Source of the DNA: Pseudogymnoascus verrucosus
Lineage: Eukaryota
NCBI GenBank assembly: GCA_001662655.1
Contig: KV460228.1
Length of the DNA stretch: 39,311 bases
Strand: one strand, 5' to 3'
The position numbers were made by a program, and so were the translations under genes. Each line of letters starts with the position of its first letter. The first letter of the stretch is position 1. Of the stretch, positions 34,235 to 39,311 are shown piece after piece. The notes below the pieces were generated by a model. It was given only the letters and a program-made list of their open reading frames with translations. It was not told the origin of the DNA and did not search any database.

Positions 34235-35554
34235 ACGATAAATTAATGAGTCCTCATCTCCGTCGTTCTGGATCGCATCTCGTTACCATACCCACGATAC
34301 CACCTTGATTTTGCATCAGGTCTGTTTTGTCATTGCATTTTCTGCTTGTGTTGATACCCCTATACCCAGGCTGTTTCTCTCATCTGCCGCTAGGGCACAC
34401 TCACTCCATAATACTTAATATATTTGAGATTGTCCTGTTATATACATACTTCTATATATGATTGTGATTGCATTGTAATTTGTGAATGCTAGTTTGGCAA
34501 TATACCCAGCTGTTCAGTTTGTAAAGGTAACATCAGTTACTTGTAACATAATCTTGTAAAAACGACCCACGTTGAACCTGCGGCAGCCGGTTATGGATTA
34601 GGCGCTTATAATAAGTCAACTCAAACCACCTGTTCAGATCATCTATAATTATACAAATTAGCACTATGCTATATTATATTAGATAAATTATTGCCCATCA
34701 GTTCTACGAACTGCACTTTACTGTATTAATAGGTATTAGGAGAAAATTCCCACACCAAAATTGGCCGAGTGTCTAAATACTCAATGGTATTTTTCCAGCT
34801 CATTATTCGCACAAGTCTTCTACAAAGCTTTGTGCGGCACAAGTATAATCTCAGTTACCTTCTCTTCATAGATATATATATATTCAACTAACCCACAGTT
34901 TACTCGTTGCAAATAACCTGTAGACTACATACGTTATACGGACCGAGCCGCCTACTCCAAAGATGCATTGGCAAAATTGCCTTCGCAAATAAAATCAGTT
35001 TCACACAGGGTAGAACTATACAAGGTGAGTATGTCTAGGTTAGTTAGCCATAACCACAACTCCTGTGCGCCATTTATGGAATTATAAGCATCAATCATTG
35101 CTGCATTATATGCTCTAAGATTGATTTATCACTAATATCTGAACTTCCACTCGCCCTACACCCACCACGTACTAAGCGCCTTGAAACCACATGCATAAAT
35201 GTTATAGAGGTTAACACAAGACAGGAATGCTAACAGGACAGCAGATCTACCTTTAACACACCTGCATTTACAACCAATTAGGCACATACAATGTTTCAGG
35301 CTAGATGGCACGTTAAACTGCCCTTATTTTTTTGTTAGTAACGGCCAGCGTTACACAGCATTTAACTGTCGGCGTGTCTCATAGCTATTAACCAACATGA
35401 GGCTATGATCTACACAGTTGTGTTGGCTTTGCATTTTCACTTCTATTAAATAGCAATATGATCCATCCCCCTCTCAGCTATTCCCATAATATAACCTCTA
35501 GTAAAGGCATTCCACAACCTAATATGCGTTTCTCACCGACTGCTCTTATGTTCA

Positions 35555-35814
35555 TTAACAGTTTTAGATTTGCCATACAAAAATTTAGTATGGCAAAAGT
35601 TAAAACCTTTAGTAACTTGCGGAAAAAGACGCTAGTGCTATTAGCATTTTTATATATAGTAGATGATGATTTAAAGTTCCTATATATAAGAGGAATATGC
35701 TCTAGCATTTTTATCTACAGAGTTATTAAGGTTCTAATTTTCGTAGATGAAAGTACCTCTACATACAAATTTGTATGTGGTGGTACTAATAGCCGGTTAG
35801 GCCACGACTTACGT
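35555..35814 (-). mobile_element. Truncated (half) MITE related to the element at 38646-39129
   Basis: Ends ...TAGCCGGTTAGGCCACGACTTACGT followed by TA (35815-35816). Its reverse complement aligns by eye with the left arm of the 38646 MITE up to the central palindrome (TTTGCCATAC...GTATGGCAAA). The left boundary is approximate. Confidence 0.7.
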
Positions 35815-36160
35815 TACATTAAATACATTTTCTTTAGTTATCTAAGAATTATCCTTATTTATCTAAGTTACATTAGCATTTTAAGTTATAAAATTTATTA
35901 GAAAAGCCTTAGTAAGCTTTAGACTATATATTTTTCTTCTTATTATATAAGTTGTATTATTATATAAGTTGTACTACTCGTTTATATAAAGTATTACTTG
36001 TTTGTATAAAGTGTAAAGTTTATAATAAAAGTAACATACATGTTAGAGTGGCAACGCATGTACTAACAATGTCACGTGTATATAAACAAACAACAACTCG
36101 CGTGATAACTTAGAACATGTGTAGGAATAACAAAACACTAACGTAAGTCATGGTGTAAAG

Positions 36161-36236
36161 NNNNNNNNNNNNNNNNNNNNNNNNNNNNNNNNNNNNNNNN
36201 NNNNNNNNNNNNNNNNNNNNNNNNNNNNNNNNNNNN
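36161..36236. other. Assembly gap (76 N)
   Basis: Run of N inside the left TIR of the transposon. Confidence 1.
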
Positions 36237-36259
36237 GGGTAAAGTCGGTAGTGGGGTTA

Positions 36260-36754
36260 ACGTAAGTCATGGTGTAAGCGGCGATATGGCGTAAGCGGCG
36301 ATAAGTACCCTTACATATACATTTGTATGCAAAGGTACTTCTACATCCGAAACTAAAATCTTAAATAGCTCTATGGATAAAATTTATTAGGCTTAGCTGT
36401 TCGATATTTAGGTTCTATATATAGGCCTTTACATAACATAAAAACGTTAGTGTTACTAGTGTCTTTTTGCAACGCTAATTTAAGGGTTAAGTCTTACTCA
36501 TACAAATATTTGTATAAGCAATCTTCTCCTATTAATAGAACCACAATAACGACACTAGCAATACTAGTCTTTTGATATATTATAGAAGTGTATATATAGA
36601 ATCTAAATACCAAACAGCTAAGCCTAGCGATTTTTATTAACAGAGTTATTAAAGTTTTTATTTTTAGAAGCGTAAGTATCTTTGCATACAAATTTATATG
36701 TAAGGGTACTTATCGCCGCTTACGCCAGATCGCCGCTTACACCATGACTTACGT
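36260..36754. mobile_element. MITE (495 bp), hairpin-type, inserted at a TA in the transposon left TIR
   Basis: TIRs ACGTAAGTCATGGTGTAAGCGGCGAT.TGGCGTAAGCGGCGATAAGTACCCTTACATAT... at both ends. TA duplication at 36258-36259 and 36755-36756. No coding capacity. Confidence 0.92.
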
Positions 36755-36804
36755 TAGGGCCACCCTATCAAAACCATTAAAAAATTGTAACAATTCAATT
36801 ATTA

Positions 36805-38540
36805 CTATGCTAATTCATCTATATCATTATTAGAAAGCTCCTCTTTGCTCTCCTCGCTCTCTTCTTCACTCTCACTATTAGTTAAGTTAACTATTAAGGT
36901 AGGTTGTTGCGTTGTTCTAGACCTCTGTGAAGCTGTTGCTGCTTCTGCTTCTACAACTTGCGACTACAACTCCTCTCTTAAGATGTGGAATTGACCCTTT
37001 AAAACAGCTCTTTTGCCCTTATTCTGTGCTCTACGCTTCTGAATAATTGAGGGTAAGTTATCACACACTCTTTTTTGAAGGGTGTTGCGTGTATTAAGGC
37101 GTTCTGACTCATCTGCTAACTTATTGATATATCGCTTTGTAGGAGTATTAAGAGCACTACTACAACTTATTGTAGTAGACAGAACTGTATTTGCTTTGTG
37201 AAGTGTTTGAAAATCAGGTGGACTGCTATTCAAAAATACCTTCTCAAAAATATCATGCTCTGTAGGAGTATGTGGTCGTTCTACTACTACTACATCTGTA
37301 GTAGGAAGCGTAGCTGCTTGTATGACTGTCTACGGCTAGAATGGCTGTAGCCCACTCCCTCTCTAAGTAGAATTGATATTTGAAGTTGAAAAAGCAGCTG
37401 CTCTTATAGTAATATATGCATCTATCCATTCTGACTTCTATATACATAGGAGTTGTGCCTCATTTAGGTGTAAGAGAGCAGTTGTAAGGTGTTGCTTTAA
37501 GGGCCTAAAAATCGAAATATTAAGTGGCTGTAGAACAGAGTGATATTCGATTTTGAATGTAGTGTGATATAAAGCTTCCACTTATATGACTATTGTGACC
37601 ATTGCAAATAAGGAGCTGTTGTTGTAGTTTTCCATTTAAAAGTATTGCTTTTACTCTTGTAGAGGGCTTAAAAACACGTTTTAGCTACTCTAATCTATGT
37701 AGATTACTTATCTACCCTTTGTATTTATAGAGAAGTGCCATTTTTGTATAACTTCCTTTAGAATCCAGCTTTGTAAGATATTCTGTCCTTTGAAAATAAT
37801 AAGGGGGTTAATAGCTATTCTGTCTATACAAACGCATTTAATAGCAGACACCTATTCCTGTCAGCTAGGATAAGCTTGAAATCGCGTATAGAGCGTAGAG
37901 TCGACTATAATTCATATAGATTACATAGTTCTAATCGAAAATCTAGTTTCATCTATATTATAGGTGTTGTAGTTTTCGATTTTTAGCTCTGTTGTAAGGC
38001 TCTTATACGTGTCAAACTACCCCTTTAACACCTGCTTTATAACCCTATTTATCCTCTATGCCTTAACTCTACGTCCTAACTTAACACGTAAGTTAGGATG
38101 CCTTTGAATGAATTGTAGAACCCACTCTTGCCTAAGAGGTAAGTTAGGTATTTGAGGTTGAGGTTGTTGAGGTTGTTGAGGTTGTTGTGTTTGTTGTTGC
38201 TATTGTTGTAGTTGAGGCTAAAAAACGCAACACTTATTTGATTGGACTTCCTCTGCAACCTTACGTAATATCTAATAACTAGGAGCGTAGCCACTTATAG
38301 TAAGCTCCTTAATCCACTTTAGGAGCGTTTGCTCTTAAGTTTTAGATAATAACTGCTGTTTTTAACGCGCTTCAACACGCGTTTTGCCACCTTTTATACG
38401 TCGCTATAGAGTCCTTTCACACAGCCTAAAGCCTTTGCAGCAGCATATGAAGATTTAAATTTTCTAGACTTTATTCCTAAAATAGCTTCATAAAGTCGAA
38501 AATCAAGCTCTTGAGCCTTAATACTCCTACGTTCAACCAT
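36805..38540 (-). pseudogene. pogo/Fot1 DDE transposase pseudogene
   Basis: ATG 38540 MVERRSIKAQELDFRLYEAILGI...SSYAAAKALG (HTH-psq-like) and QLLSKT*EQTLLKWI (CENP-B-like HTH). Degenerate catalytic motifs YNIDETRF (from YNMDETGF), LLICNGHNSH (from DGH) and LQPLNISIFRPLK (from QPLD). Many stops and frameshifts. Confidence 0.88.
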
Positions 38541-38645
38541 TCTGTTAGTTGTAGTAGTAGGAGTTGTAGTTGTGATGTGGTTTGATGGGGTAGCCCTAAC
38601 CCCACTACTGACTTTACCCCATTACCGACTTTACACCATGACTTA

Positions 38646-39129
38646 ACGTAAGTCGTGGTCAGACCGGCTACATGGCCAGACCGGCTATTAGTACCATCAC
38701 ATACAAATTTGTATGCAGAAGTACTTATGCTTGCGAAAAATTAGAACTATAATAACTCTATTAATAAAAATGCTAGAGCAAAACCCTTTTCTATATAGAA
38801 ACTTTAAGTACGTATCTACTATATATAAAAAGGGTAATATTACTAGTGTCTTTTTACATAAGTTAATAACAGTTTTAAGTTTTACTATATAAATATTTGT
38901 ATAGTAAAAATATAAGCCTTAATATCTCTTGTAAAACAAAGCTAGTACTACTAGTGTTTATATACATGTTAGATTATTATATGAAAAAACATAATTTAAG
39001 AGGATTAAGCTTTATATACACTATTACAAAAGTTATTATAGTTTTAATTTTGGTTTAGTGACCTTGGTTTTGGTAGGGTGAGCTAAGTAGCCGGTCTGGC
39101 CATGTAGCCGGTCTGACCACGACTTACGT
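38646..39129. mobile_element. MITE (484 bp) inserted at a TA near the tip of the transposon right TIR
   Basis: Perfect TIRs ACGTAAGTCGTGGTCAGACCGGCTACATGGCCAGACCGGCTA at both ends. Flanked by TA at 38644-38645 and 39130-39131. Confidence 0.92.
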
Positions 39130-39131
39130 TA

Positions 39132-39311
39132 ACGTAGGTCGTGGCGTAACGGGTGTAATGGCGTAACGGGGGTAGTGGTATTTTGCTAGCGAATTTATAT
39201 CACGTGACTAGAATTAAAACCTTTAATAACTACTTAAGTAGGTGATGTAAAGTATAATACTTTTGTATATAGAAACTTCATATATACATATATTCGACTT
39301 AGAAATTTCAG
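39132..39311. mobile_element. Left end of a further pogo-type MITE or element; runs off the window
   Basis: Directly after TA: ACGTAGGTCGTGGCGTAACGGGTGTAATGGCGTAACGGG, the same TIR architecture (ACGT-tip plus two direct repeats). The AT-rich interior has weak similarity to the other MITEs. Confidence 0.75.

Larger units (their letters stand above)
36141..38645 (-). mobile_element. pogo/Fot1-type (Tc1/mariner superfamily) DNA transposon, RIP-inactivated, with both TIRs interrupted by MITEs
   Basis: Preceded by TA (36139-36140). The left TIR ACGTAAGTCATGGTGTAAAG..GGGTAAAGTCGGTAGTGGGGTTA[MITE]GGGCCACCC is the inverse of the right TIR GGGGTAGCCCTAACCCCACTACTGACTTTACCCCATTACCGACTTTACACCATGACTTA. 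It encloses a transposase relic. Confidence 0.88.

Noticed and set aside
35458..35901. 147-aa and other AT-rich ORFs in the 35-37 kb region
   Set aside because: They fall within MITE or RIP-degraded DNA; the I/Y/K/L-rich composition reflects AT bias.

Overview
Eukaryotic, intron-containing DNA from a filamentous ascomycete. Introns are short (50-85 nt) GT-AG with CTAAC/CTGAC branch sites; a Leotiomycete such as Pseudogymnoascus is my impression, not verified. Positions 1-34.3 kb are gene-dense core genome with 14 protein-coding genes: a formin-GBD/Rid1-like protein (partial), an Apd1-like ferredoxin, an OB-fold protein resembling SHLD2, a peroxisomal enoyl-CoA hydratase, a Pro/Gly-repeat orphan, RAD50, a WC-2-like PAS-GATA factor, a UPF0658 membrane protein, PP4R2, mitochondrial LysRS, TIM10, an Stb2/6-like protein, RMD5/GID2 and a PH-domain Ala/Glu-rich protein. 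From about 34.5 kb the sequence is AT-rich and RIP-like. It holds a dead pogo/Fot1 transposon whose two TIRs are each interrupted by hairpin MITEs. Highlights: (1) the RAD50 start codon is assembled by splicing across a 2-nt microexon; (2) a possible fungal Shieldin-2-like OB-fold protein with an MCB box upstream; (3) a MITE family with a shared palindromic body but different TIR direct repeats, stacked at TA sites inside transposon ends; (4) an intergenic repeat array of about 7 copies at 17.6-18.3 kb. All gene models were read by eye and no database searches were run.
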